NCBI GenBank assembly: GCA_036522275.1
Contig: DATDGC010000020.1
Location: forward strand, 17,995 to 81,994
Reading direction: 5' to 3'
Length of the DNA stretch: 64,000 nucleotides
Origin: Burkholderiales bacterium
Lineage (GTDB): Bacteria; Pseudomonadota; Gammaproteobacteria; Burkholderiales; JAHFRG01
The position numbers were made by a program, and so were the translations under genes. Below are positions 39,629-48,934 of this stretch, in pieces (position 1 is the first letter of the stretch; each line of letters begins with the position of its first letter). A model generated the notes under the pieces. The model was not told where the DNA came from, searched no databases, and saw nothing but the letters and a program-made list of their open reading frames with translations.

Positions 39629-40452
39629 AACATACCGCCATAAAAAGATTTATCCTGCTGCTCGTTCTTGCCTTGGTAAGCCTTGGGTTTGCCAGCCATG
39701 ACGCTCCAGCAGCCAAGCGCCTCGGCAGCGGGAGCAGCCTCGGCAAGCAGCATGATTCGGCAAGCCGTCACGCCTCGCCCATCACCCCGCCTCCAGCCCA
39801 GGCCCCCTCACCTGCTCCAGCGGGCAGTACCTGGCTGTTCGCGGGATTGGCGGCAGGCGGATTGCTTGCGGCTTTGTTTACCGGCGGCGCCTTTAATGGA
39901 ATCCGCTTCGCAGACATAGCGATGATCGCGCTGCTGTTTGGAGCGGTGTTTTTCATCATTCGCATATTGCGCAAGAAACCGGTAAACGAACCGATGCAGT
40001 ACGCTGCGCTGGGAGCGGAAACCACGCCTTCGCTGCCGGCAAGGATGTTCGGCGGCGTGGCACGACCTGCGCCCTATCCGGTTGGTTTCGAAATCGACCC
40101 TTTCCTGCGCAACGCCAAGGCGGGCTTCATCCGCCTGCAAGCCGCGAATGACAACAAGGAACTCGACACTATCCGCGACTACACGACACCGGAAACGTTT
40201 GATGAATTGAGCAAGCAAATCGCAACGCGCGGCAATGACCCGAAAAAAACCGACATCATCACGCTCGATGCGGAAGTGCTGGACGTGGTAATTGAAGATA
40301 ATTTGGCCATTGCCAGTGTGCGCTTCAGCGGGCTCATCCGTGAAGCCACCGGCGCACCAGCCCGGCCGTTCTATGAAATCTGGAACGTGCAGAAATACCT
40401 GGGCGAGCCCGATTCGGTGTGGCTGCTCGCCGGCATTCAGCAAGTTCGCTGA
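39625..40452 (+). CDS. Tim44-like domain membrane protein
   Basis: ATGA overlap with the ATP-grasp gene. Signal/TM regions, a Pro/Ala-rich linker, and a C-terminal Tim44-like domain (FDP..FL..AK..F..LQ.A.D......IRDY.TPE.F). Confidence 0.7.
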   Translation: MKHTAIKRFILLLVLALVSLGFASHDAPAAKRLGSGSSLGKQHDSASRHASPITPPPAQAPSPAPAGSTWLFAGLAAGGLLAALFTGGAFNGIRFADIAMIALLFGAVFFIIRILRKKPVNEPMQYAALGAETTPSLPARMFGGVARPAPYPVGFEIDPFLRNAKAGFIRLQAANDNKELDTIRDYTTPETFDELSKQIATRGNDPKKTDIITLDAEVLDVVIEDNLAIASVRFSGLIREATGAPARPFYEIWNVQKYLGEPDSVWLLAGIQQVR

Positions 40453-40461
40453 ATCCTCCGA

Positions 40462-41019
40462 ATGTTCGATGCGGCTTTGAACCATCTGCTGCGCAGCGAA
40501 TCCTGGGCTCGCGGGCGGCTTAAACCCTTTGCCGGCAAGACTGCGCATTTCCTGGTTCCGCCGTTTTCTTTGTCGCTCACCGTTACCTCCAGTGGCGAAG
40601 TGGCAAAGGCTGCGGACGATGCGGCGCCTGATGCCAAATTTGCCCTCACTCCGCCGCTACTGCTGCGTCTTCTCGGGCGCGACGAGGCAGCTTATAAGCA
40701 GGTTGAAATTACCGGGGACAGCGATTTTGCCGGCGAAATCGCTTATATCGCAAAAAACCTGCGCTGGGACGCGGCGGAGGATTTAAGCCGTATTTTCGGC
40801 GATATCGCGGCGCAGCGCATCGTCAGCACCGCTCAAAGTTTCAACACCTGGGGCAAGCAGACGTTCGACAGCTTGAGCCGCTCTTTTGCCGAATACTGGA
40901 TCGAAGAACGGCCGCTGATTGCAAAATCCGCTCACGTTAAACAATTCATCGCCGAAGTGGATGCCCTGCGCGATGATGTCGAGCGCCTGGAAAAGCGCGT
41001 TGAAAAGCTAGCCCGCTAG
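40462..41019 (+). CDS. ubiJ: ubiquinone biosynthesis accessory factor UbiJ (SCP2 domain)
   Basis: N-terminus A.LNHLL....WAR..L.PFAGK...F. Positioned directly upstream of ubiB. Confidence 0.75.
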   Translation: MFDAALNHLLRSESWARGRLKPFAGKTAHFLVPPFSLSLTVTSSGEVAKAADDAAPDAKFALTPPLLLRLLGRDEAAYKQVEITGDSDFAGEIAYIAKNLRWDAAEDLSRIFGDIAAQRIVSTAQSFNTWGKQTFDSLSRSFAEYWIEERPLIAKSAHVKQFIAEVDALRDDVERLEKRVEKLAR

Positions 41020-41044
41020 CTCGCCTGGCGGTTACAATCCGCGC

Positions 41045-42562
41045 ATGCGGCTATTCCGTCTCCTCAAAATTATCAGCATCAGCCTGCGTTTCGGCCTCGA
41101 TGAGTTTTTCCTCGGGCACGAACGCGTGCGTGCACTGCGCGTGCTGCTTAAGTTTTTGTTGTTTTGGCGCATGCTCAGAAAACCCCGTGCCGAACGGCTG
41201 CGCCTGGCGCTGGAAGCGCTGGGGCCGATTTTCGTCAAATTCGGCCAGGTGCTGTCCACGCGACGCGACCTGCTTCCTTCCGACATTGCGGATGAGCTGG
41301 CGAAACTTCAAGACCAGGTTCCTCCTTTCCCCTCCGCGCAAGCCATTGCCATCCTGGAGAAGGTATACGGCAAACCTTTGGACCTGGTGTTTCGGAAATT
41401 CGAGGCGCAACCTGTAGCAAGTGCATCCGTCGCTCAAGTGCATCTCGGAGTGCTCGATAACGGGACTGAAGTGGCGGTCAAAATCCTGCGCCCCGGCATT
41501 GCCGCAGCGATTGCCAAAGATTTGGCGCTGCTGGATATCGGCGCTACGCTGATTGAAACGCTGTGGGCGGACGGCAAGCGCTTGAAGCCGCACCAAGTGG
41601 TTGCGGAATTCGAGAAGCATCTTTACCACGAATTGGATCTTATGCACGAGGCGGCCAACGCCAGTCAACTGCGGCGCAATTTCGAAAATTCCCCGCTGCT
41701 GCAGGTTCCCGAAGTGTATTGGGACTATTGCTCGACTGAAGTCATGGTAATGCAGCGCATGCATGGCACGCCGATCAGCCAGGTTGCAGCATTGCGCGAG
41801 CAGGGCGTGGATATCCCTAAACTGGCGCGAGCCGGCGTGGAAATTTTCTTCACCCAGGTTTTGCGCGACGGCTTTTTCCACGCCGACATGCATCCGGGCA
41901 ATATTTTCGTCACGCCGCAAGGACAATACATCGCTCTCGATTTTGGCATCATGGGGACGCTCGACGTCGTAGATAAGAATTACCTTGCACAGAATTTCCT
42001 CGCATTTTTCCGCCGTGACTACAAGCGGGTTGCCGAGGCGCACATCGAATCGGGCTGGATTCCCAAGGAGACGCGGGTTGATGAATTCGAGGCCGCCATT
42101 CGCGCAGTATGCGAGCCGATTTTCGACAAGCCTCTCAAGGACATTTCCTTCGGCAAGCTGCTGTTGCGGCTGTTCCAGACTGCGCGCCGCTTCAATGTGG
42201 AAATCCAGCCGCAACTCGTCATGCTACAAAAGACACTGCTGAACATTGAGGGGCTTGGGCGCGAGCTCGACCCCAACCTGGACTTATGGAAAACCGCCAA
42301 GCCTTTCCTCGAGCGCTGGATGAGCGAGCAAGTGGGTTGGCGGGGCTTAATCCACCGTATCCGCCAGGAAGCACCCTATTGGAGCACCCTGCTGCCACAA
42401 CTGCCTCGCCTTATTTACCGCGTGCTCAGCGAAGACCGCTCGCAGCAACTGCAACAAGAATTGCACCAGCTGCGAACCGAGCACCAGCGCCAAAATGAAT
42501 GGCTGGCGCTCATCGCCGCTTTGCTTGCGGCCACGCTGATCTTGCTTATTTTTTCCATTTAA
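41045..42562 (+). CDS. ubiB: ubiquinone biosynthesis regulatory kinase-like protein UbiB
   Basis: [35 protein letters not shown] and C-terminal TM helices. Confidence 0.93.
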   Translation: MRLFRLLKIISISLRFGLDEFFLGHERVRALRVLLKFLLFWRMLRKPRAERLRLALEALGPIFVKFGQVLSTRRDLLPSDIADELAKLQDQVPPFPSAQAIAILEKVYGKPLDLVFRKFEAQPVASASVAQVHLGVLDNGTEVAVKILRPGIAAAIAKDLALLDIGATLIETLWADGKRLKPHQVVAEFEKHLYHELDLMHEAANASQLRRNFENSPLLQVPEVYWDYCSTEVMVMQRMHGTPISQVAALREQGVDIPKLARAGVEIFFTQVLRDGFFHADMHPGNIFVTPQGQYIALDFGIMGTLDVVDKNYLAQNFLAFFRRDYKRVAEAHIESGWIPKETRVDEFEAAIRAVCEPIFDKPLKDISFGKLLLRLFQTARRFNVEIQPQLVMLQKTLLNIEGLGRELDPNLDLWKTAKPFLERWMSEQVGWRGLIHRIRQEAPYWSTLLPQLPRLIYRVLSEDRSQQLQQELHQLRTEHQRQNEWLALIAALLAATLILLIFSI

Positions 42563-42678
42563 AGCCGGCTCCGTTGCCGCGCTGGCAGCGGCGTCTTGAC
42601 CGGGATTATCTCCGGTAATTCGGTTCCAATCTTTTCCGCATTTGCTAGAATAAGCGACTTTCAGTAATCGGACAGAGC

Positions 42679-43764
42679 ATGGCGCTTCTGGAAATCCGCA
42701 ATGTCACCCGCCGCTTCGGCGATCTGGTCGCAGTAGATAACGTCAGTATCAATATCGAGGCAGGAGAATTCTTCACTCTGCTCGGCCCTTCGGGTTGCGG
42801 CAAAACCACGCTGCTGCGGATGATTGCGGGATTCGATTTGCCCGACGACGGGCAGATCCTGCTCGAAGGCAAGGACCTCGCGGGCACGCCGCCGGAGAAA
42901 CGCCCGATTCATACCGTGTTTCAGAGTTACGCGTTGTTTCCGCACATGACGGTTACGGGCAACGTTTCTTTCCCGCTGAAAATGGCGGGCAAAGCCGCCG
43001 ACGAAATCCACGCCAAGGTCAAGGAAGTGCTGGACTTGGTTCATCTCTCGGATAAAGGCGAAAGTTTCCCGCATGAACTGTCCGGAGGCCAGAAGCAGCG
43101 TGTGGCGCTCGCCCGCGGACTGGTTAACCAGCCGCGACTGTTGATGCTCGATGAACCGCTGGGGGCGCTGGATGCCAAGCTGCGCGAGGAAATGCAAATC
43201 GAGCTTATAACTTTGCAACGCGATGTTGGTATTACGTTCGTGTTTGTAACCCACTCGCAGGCTGAGGCGCTCGCGCTTTCACATCGTATTGCGGTGATGA
43301 ATGCCGGCAGGATCGAGCAGATGGACGAGCCTTCCAAAATCTACAGTTTTCCCGCAAACCGTTTTGTCGCCGACTTCATTGGCCGCATCAACATGCTGCA
43401 AGCCGAAGTGCTGGAAGCGGCCTCCGATCATCTGCGCATCCGCATTCCCGGCATGGGTGAAGTGCGGGCGCCCGCCAAAACCGGTGCCGCGCGCGGCCAG
43501 AAAGGAATGCTGGCGCTGCGCCCCGAGCAGGTGCGTATTGCCGCCAAGATTGATGATGTTGCGCGCGACAATCACTTCCCCGGAAAAGTTCGTGATTTTC
43601 TGTATGTGGGCGACATCACCACTTATATCGTTGACCTTAACAACGGCGCGAAAATTGAAGCGCTGCTGCCTAATTCGGCGCCGGGGCGCGCCAAATTCTT
43701 CGAAATCGGCGATGCTGTCGAGGTCGCCTGGCGCCAGGATGCGGGATTATTCCTAAGTGAATAA
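42679..43764 (+). CDS. potA: spermidine/putrescine-type ABC transporter ATP-binding protein
   Basis: GPSGCGKTT, LSGGQKQRVALAR, LMLDEPLGALD and a C-terminal TOBE-like domain. Confidence 0.85.
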   Translation: MALLEIRNVTRRFGDLVAVDNVSINIEAGEFFTLLGPSGCGKTTLLRMIAGFDLPDDGQILLEGKDLAGTPPEKRPIHTVFQSYALFPHMTVTGNVSFPLKMAGKAADEIHAKVKEVLDLVHLSDKGESFPHELSGGQKQRVALARGLVNQPRLLMLDEPLGALDAKLREEMQIELITLQRDVGITFVFVTHSQAEALALSHRIAVMNAGRIEQMDEPSKIYSFPANRFVADFIGRINMLQAEVLEAASDHLRIRIPGMGEVRAPAKTGAARGQKGMLALRPEQVRIAAKIDDVARDNHFPGKVRDFLYVGDITTYIVDLNNGAKIEALLPNSAPGRAKFFEIGDAVEVAWRQDAGLFLSE

Positions 43765-43765
43765 A

Positions 43766-44034
43766 AGAGCTCATCTCGGGAATATCCACGTGATGCGTTG
43801 CGGTCCAGAAAGCGATGACTGCAAGGCGCGAGGAGGCCGCATAGTACTCCTATGCAACGACGAGCAACACCGCAGGCGCGCTTTTCTGGCCGCAACCCTA
43901 TGGGACGGGGCGATTTTGGGCCACTTCGGCGTTGCTCGCCGCTTATTTGGAATGGCCAAACTGCGCGCCTCGCGCCTAGAACTGTCACCAAAATCGCCGC
44001 CGTCGCACGCGCGGCTGTTCCCGAGATGAGCTCT
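43766..44034. repeat. dispersed non-coding element, copy E (internally deleted)
   Basis: 43766..43782 (AGAGCTCATCTCGGGAA) is the exact reverse complement of 44018..44034. The interior is homologous to both flanking thirds of copy A in reverse orientation and lacks the central core. Confidence 0.8.
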
Positions 44035-44922
44035 CTAAACTCCGCCCGCGTCACCAAATGGCTCGTCAGCGGGCCGCCGTTTCTTTACCTGACGCTGTTT
44101 TTTCTGCTGCCCAGCCTCATCATGGTGGTGGCCTCTTTCCGCTATCCCGGAGACTATGGCGGTCTCGCGCCGATCTTCGGAATCGAACCAGGCAAGGAAG
44201 CCGGGCTCACGCTGGAGACTTACCGGTTTTTTTTCAGCGATTTCATCTACACCCAGGTTTTCATCAAGTCTTTCGGCGTCGCGCTCGCCACCACGCTGGT
44301 TTGCCTGCTGATGGCGTATCCGCTGGCGTTGCTGATTGCTCACAGCCCGAAGAAGCACCGTGACTTCATGGTGCTGCTGGTGATTCTCCCTTTCGCCAGC
44401 AATTTCCTGATCCGGGTTTACGCCTGGATGATTATTCTCGGCCCGCAGTCGGCTTTCAGCCTCGCGGTCAATCACGCACTCGGCTGGTTCGGTATCGCGC
44501 CGGTGCCTTTGCTGTTCTCTTCGTTCGCGGTGCTGGTGGGCATGGTGTATGTGCACCTGCCGTTCATGGTGCTGCCGCTTTACACTAATCTGGAAAAGCA
44601 TGACCCGGTATTGCTTGACGCTGCGCAAGACCTGGGCGCGAACGCGTGGGATCGATTTTGGAAAGTCACCTGGCCGTTGTCGCTCCCCGGCGTGTATTCC
44701 GGCGCGGCGCTGGTATTCATCCCGGTGCTCGGCATGTTCGCCATTCCCGACATCCTCGGCGGCACCGGCGACATTCTCATCGGCAACCTGATTAAAGACC
44801 AGTTCCTCGGCACGCGCGACTGGCCGTTCGGCAGCACGCTTTCCATTATGCTCACCATCGCCGTGCTCTCGCTTGCGGGCATCACCGCCGTCATTAGCCG
44901 TCAAGGCGTTAGAAATGCGTAG
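44026..44922 (+). CDS. potB: polyamine ABC transporter permease (PotB-like)
   Basis: 6-TM permease with an EAA loop (LLDAAQDLGANAWDRFWKVTWPLSLPG). The ATG at 44026 is the only plausible start before the first TM helix, and it lies inside the right terminal repeat of copy E. Confidence 0.8.
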   Translation: MSSLNSARVTKWLVSGPPFLYLTLFFLLPSLIMVVASFRYPGDYGGLAPIFGIEPGKEAGLTLETYRFFFSDFIYTQVFIKSFGVALATTLVCLLMAYPLALLIAHSPKKHRDFMVLLVILPFASNFLIRVYAWMIILGPQSAFSLAVNHALGWFGIAPVPLLFSSFAVLVGMVYVHLPFMVLPLYTNLEKHDPVLLDAAQDLGANAWDRFWKVTWPLSLPGVYSGAALVFIPVLGMFAIPDILGGTGDILIGNLIKDQFLGTRDWPFGSTLSIMLTIAVLSLAGITAVISRQGVRNA

Positions 44923-45694
44923 AAGCTCCTGGCTGTGGTCGATTTCGGCGCTGGTGTACGCGTTTCTTTACGTGCCACTTATCATCGTCGTGTTGTATTC
45001 GTTTAACGACTCGCGGCTCAACGCCGAATGGGTGGGCTTCACCTTCAACTGGTACCATGTGCTGTTTAACGATGAACAGATGATTCACGCAGCGGTTAAT
45101 TCGCTCACCATCGCCGTTGTTTCCAGCCTCGTTGCCACCGCTTTGGGTACCATGGCGGGCATCGCTATTCACCGCTATAAGCCGAAACTACTTCCGTTCA
45201 TGGTGATCACGCCGGTGGCGATGCCGGAAATCCTGTTGGGTGTTTCCCTGCTCCTGTTTTTCATTCAGGTGATGAACCTCACGCTCGGAATGCTCTCAAT
45301 CATCATCGCCCACATTACGTTCTGTATCGGCTTTGTCGCCATCGTGGTGCGCGCGCGGCTGGCAGGAATGGATGAGAGCATTTTTGAAGCGGCGCGCGAT
45401 CTCGGCGCCACGCCGTGGCAAACGTTCAGGTTGGTCACCTTCCCGCTGATTATGCCCGGGGTAATCGCCGGAGCGCTGATGTCGTTCACCCTTTCGATTG
45501 ATGATTTCGTGATTACCTTCTTCACCGTGGGTGTGGGCGTTTCTACGCTGCCGCTGCAGATTTACTCGATGATCAAGATTGCAGTCACGCCTGAAGTGAA
45601 CGCCGTCTCCACCCTGCTCATGCTGCTCACCCTCACCACCATCATCGTCGCATCCAAATTCGCGCCTGATGTGCTGCGTGGAGCCGTAAAATGA
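44915..45694 (+). CDS. potC: polyamine ABC transporter permease (PotC-like)
   Basis: EAARDLGATPWQTFRLVTFPLIMPG. The start overlaps the potB stop. Confidence 0.85.
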   Translation: MRRSSWLWSISALVYAFLYVPLIIVVLYSFNDSRLNAEWVGFTFNWYHVLFNDEQMIHAAVNSLTIAVVSSLVATALGTMAGIAIHRYKPKLLPFMVITPVAMPEILLGVSLLLFFIQVMNLTLGMLSIIIAHITFCIGFVAIVVRARLAGMDESIFEAARDLGATPWQTFRLVTFPLIMPGVIAGALMSFTLSIDDFVITFFTVGVGVSTLPLQIYSMIKIAVTPEVNAVSTLLMLLTLTTIIVASKFAPDVLRGAVK

Positions 45695-46869
45695 AAGCCG
45701 GGCTGCTCCTCGTGCTTCTACTGGCGAGCGGCAACGCGCTCGCTGCGGACGAGTTGCATCTCTATAACTGGAACAACTACATCTCGGAAGGCACGGTCGA
45801 GCGCTTTGAGAAATTCTGCAACTGCAAACTGGTACAGGACTATTACGGCGACAACGAGGAAATGCTGGCCAAGCTCGCTGCCGGCGCGACTGGCTACGAC
45901 CTTCTCGTGCCGACACAAAATGCGGTGGATTCACTCATCAAGCAAAACGCACTCAAGCCCCTCGACAAGTCGCTGTTGCCCAACCTCAAGAACATCAAGC
46001 CGGAGTATTTGAACCGCGACTTCGATCCGGGCAATAAATTCTCGGTGCCCTATGCCTATTCGACCACGGTAATCGGCTACAACGAGCAGAAGATGCAGGA
46101 ACTGGGACTGCCCACCGATACCTGGGCGGTGATTTTCGAGCCCAAATACTTAACAAAAGTAAAAGGCCGGGTCACCGTGCTCGACTCACAGCGGGAACTC
46201 ATAGCCGCCGCAATGAAATACCTCGGCTATTCCATCAACAACACCGACGAGGAGAAATGGAAACAGGCACGCGACCTGATCATCCGCGCCAAACCCTACT
46301 GGGCGGCGTTCAACGCGCAGAGCTACATCAAGGAGCTCACGGTTGGAAATATCTGGCTGGCGCATGGCTATTCCAACGATTTTTTCCAGGCGGAGCAAGA
46401 CGCGCAAAAAGCCGGGCGCAAGTTCACCATCAACTGGAGAATTCCCGAGGAAGGCGCGGTGATCGGAATGGATAATATGGTGGTGCACAAATCCGGGCCA
46501 CGGCCGGATCTGGCGCATAAGTTCATCAACTTCATGCTTGAAGGCGAAAACTCGGCGGAGCTGACCAACCTTATCGGCGCGGGCAATCCCAATGCCGCGG
46601 CGCTGCCATACATCAAGCCTGAAATCGCGCAAAACCCCGCCATTTTTCCCGACGAGCAAACCATCAAGCATCTGGAGTTCATGAAAGACTTCGACCGCAA
46701 GCAGCGCCGAGTCATGTCGAGGATGTGGACCGAGATCAAGCTCAAGCAGAGCGAAGACGACTCGACTTTTTGGAAAGGACTCGCGGTGTTGCTTGGCTTG
46801 TTTGTGTTTGCGGTCCTCGGGTTGGCCGCCTATAAACGTTTAGCCGCGCCACGAGGCCGGGCAGCCTAG
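45691..46869 (+). CDS. polyamine-binding periplasmic protein (PotD/PotF family) with an extra C-terminal hydrophobic helix
   Basis: Signal peptide, then LHLYNWNNYI and a PotD/F-like body. The last ~45 aa contain GLAVLLGLFVFAVLGLAAY. Confidence 0.8.
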   Translation: MKAGLLLVLLLASGNALAADELHLYNWNNYISEGTVERFEKFCNCKLVQDYYGDNEEMLAKLAAGATGYDLLVPTQNAVDSLIKQNALKPLDKSLLPNLKNIKPEYLNRDFDPGNKFSVPYAYSTTVIGYNEQKMQELGLPTDTWAVIFEPKYLTKVKGRVTVLDSQRELIAAAMKYLGYSINNTDEEKWKQARDLIIRAKPYWAAFNAQSYIKELTVGNIWLAHGYSNDFFQAEQDAQKAGRKFTINWRIPEEGAVIGMDNMVVHKSGPRPDLAHKFINFMLEGENSAELTNLIGAGNPNAAALPYIKPEIAQNPAIFPDEQTIKHLEFMKDFDRKQRRVMSRMWTEIKLKQSEDDSTFWKGLAVLLGLFVFAVLGLAAYKRLAAPRGRAA

Positions 46870-46896
46870 CGGCGAAAACCCCGTTGCCCGCTAAAT

Positions 46897-47574
46897 TTAT
46901 TCGACCTCAATCGTACCGTTCACATTAACCGTAACTTGGCTGGTGCCGCCTTCCACATTGGGCGCGGCAACTTCCTGTGCCGCTATACCGCGCGCAAGCA
47001 CCGGGCGAGGATGAAACCCGCTGGTGTTAACGCTCATTCTGCGTATCTTGAATTCCCGTCCTTTGAGCGATTGTTTCACGATATCGGCGCGGCCGCGGAA
47101 ATTGGAAATGGCTTCGGCAATCAACTCATTCTCCGCCTGCCGCCGGGCTTCAGGAGATACCGTAAAGCCGAGATAAGAAAGCTGCAACGTAGACTGCAAC
47201 TTGCCGATGAGATTGGAGAGGGCGCTGAAATCCTTGCTCTCGAGGCGAATTTCAGAGCGTACGCGCCACGCTTCCAGCAGCTTATTCTTGCCGTAAACCG
47301 GGTAAGTCTGATAGCCCTCAGTTCTCGCCTTAACGTTTTTTACATCCCCGGCCACTCGCAATGCTTCATTCACGATTTTATTCACTGAATTGGAGACCCG
47401 CGCGGGGTTCTCGCCGCTTTGCTCCACGTACAAGGATGCCGTCATCAAATCGTTCTGGATTTCTCGCTGCGCTTCAGCCTGCAAGTCCACTACGTTATAG
47501 CGCAGTGGCTCCTCAGCGGGATGCGCATTCCCCACTGCGGCGAGAAATAAATACGCAAGAAGAGCGGTTCTCAT
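46897..47574 (-). CDS. SIMPL/DUF541 family periplasmic protein (YggE-like)
   Basis: Signal peptide and DUF541-like sequence over 225 aa. Confidence 0.65.
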   Translation of the reverse strand: MRTALLAYLFLAAVGNAHPAEEPLRYNVVDLQAEAQREIQNDLMTASLYVEQSGENPARVSNSVNKIVNEALRVAGDVKNVKARTEGYQTYPVYGKNKLLEAWRVRSEIRLESKDFSALSNLIGKLQSTLQLSYLGFTVSPEARRQAENELIAEAISNFRGRADIVKQSLKGREFKIRRMSVNTSGFHPRPVLARGIAAQEVAAPNVEGGTSQVTVNVNGTIEVE

Positions 47575-47584
47575 GTTGCGATTT

Positions 47585-48025
47585 TTAAAGCTGCGAAGTG
47601 CAATTCGGGCAGCGCTTGGCCTTTATCGAGATGCTCGAAAAGCACTGCGGGCATTCCTTGGTGGCAGGCTTGGTTTGTTCCTGTTTTTTGACCTTGTTAA
47701 TGGCGCGAATCAGCATAAACACCGCGAATGCCACAATCACAAAGCTCACCACCGCGTTAAGGAACTTGCCGTAGTTGATGGTGACCGCGCCGGCTTTCTG
47801 CGCTTCCGCCAGAGAAGCGTACGGCGCCGCCGCAGCCGCCCCTTGTTTGAGCACCACAAAAAGATTGGAAAAATCCACATTGCCGAGAATCAGCCCGATG
47901 GGCGGCATGATGACGTCAGCCACCAGCGATTGCACGATGGCGCCGAAAGCTGCGCCGATGATAATGCCCACCGCCATGTCCACCACGTTGCCGCGCATGG
48001 CGAATTCCTTGAACTCGTTAAGCAT
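47585..48025 (-). CDS. mscL: large-conductance mechanosensitive channel MscL with a C-terminal CxxC...CxxC zinc-ribbon tail
   Basis: [35 protein letters not shown]. The tail is [24 protein letters not shown]. Confidence 0.9.
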   Translation of the reverse strand: MLNEFKEFAMRGNVVDMAVGIIIGAAFGAIVQSLVADVIMPPIGLILGNVDFSNLFVVLKQGAAAAAPYASLAEAQKAGAVTINYGKFLNAVVSFVIVAFAVFMLIRAINKVKKQEQTKPATKECPQCFSSISIKAKRCPNCTSQL

Positions 48026-48049
48026 GGCTTACCTCCCGTAAAGTCAAAG

Positions 48050-48450
48050 GGAACCTCTGATTAAGTCCTCCACGGATTGCGTTGCTGGCAAAATGTGGAT
48101 GGATGCGAGGCGCGCGACGAAGGTCGTAGCCTGGACTACGAAGCCAAGGAGCGCAACGACGCAGACGCCGCATTTTGCCGCAACCCAGATGGGACGGCTG
48201 CCGCGACACGGTCAGCGAAGCTTGGGGTGCGGGAGCGGCAGCATGAGCGCCCCGTTCCACAATGTTTCTTGCGGTAGCTTGCGCCCCTTCCCGCTCCACG
48301 CTGTGCGAGACCGAGTCCGGGGCGCCTTTCCGGGCGGTCTGCTTTGTCGCTCGGCTTGCCAAGGGTGGTGGCCATTGGCTGCGCCTCGCTTCGCGCATCC
48401 CATCCAGGAAAGCGGCCGTCGCAACTGCGAGGGACTTAATCAGAGGTTCC
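48050..48450. repeat. dispersed non-coding element, copy C (full length, inverted relative to copy A)
   Basis: 48050..48068 (GGAACCTCTGATTAAGTCC) is the exact reverse complement of 48432..48450. The interior aligns end to end with the reverse complement of copy A. Confidence 0.85.
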
Positions 48451-48489
48451 ATAGCATTCATTACTTGCAGTGCTAATGAATTTTAAGCG

Positions 48490-48813
48490 CTAAACGGTCG
48501 CCTTGTGAAGCGTTCTCTTCAAGCGATGAATCGTGCGCCGAATGTTTTTGAGCTGGGCATGGTCATGGGCAGCCAGAACCTCATCTCGTTTCTTCTTCAA
48601 CTCCCGGATTTGGGTCTTGATTGCAGTTTTGTTGACCCCCACCACCTCATGATGCCCGTGCATGGCAATGTTCAGGGCCTTGCACAGGGCAACCAGCAGA
48701 TGGTCTTTGTTTAGCTGGGAATAACCCTTCACCGCCTCGTGTTCGGTACCTTTGGCGATTTCCCTGAGCTCCGCCACGGTTTTGCCTTTCAGCTCTTCAA
48801 AGGTGTAAGCCAT
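48490..48813 (-). CDS. small basic protein with a Rho_N/SAP-like N-terminal helix-extended-helix
   Basis: Strong SD (AAGGAGG) upstream. N-terminus MAYTFEELKGKTVAELREIAKG. The C-terminus is a Lys/Arg/His-rich helix. Confidence 0.55.
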   Translation of the reverse strand: MAYTFEELKGKTVAELREIAKGTEHEAVKGYSQLNKDHLLVALCKALNIAMHGHHEVVGVNKTAIKTQIRELKKKRDEVLAAHDHAQLKNIRRTIHRLKRTLHKATV

Positions 48814-48934
48814 AGCTTTGATCCTCCTTACTAAATATCTTGACGTGATACTCCAAGTGATGATGGTAATCTTAAATCGGCTCTAATCCCATTATTTGCC
48901 TTACCCCTTCTGAGCCGCCAAGCGACGAAGTCAA

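Noticed and set aside
36042-39700. Search for a RiPP precursor peptide next to the radical SAM/ATP-grasp pair.
   Set aside because: The only small ORF (28 aa, about 36059..36145) has no SD and an implausible composition. The genes are otherwise tightly packed with ubi genes, so a RiPP interpretation is unsupported.
41051-42214. 387-aa ORF antisense to ubiB. Similar long antisense ORFs lie opposite dat (4832..5680), LOG (11530..12246), proA (22486..23229), lpdA (24668..25381), the methyltransferase (28600..29478), Tim44-like (39808..40548), potB (44035..44904) and metH (50721..51878).
   Set aside because: Each lies opposite a gene with unmistakable family motifs. Their products are Arg/His/Gln-rich with no recognisable domains, typical of shadow ORFs in moderately GC-rich DNA.
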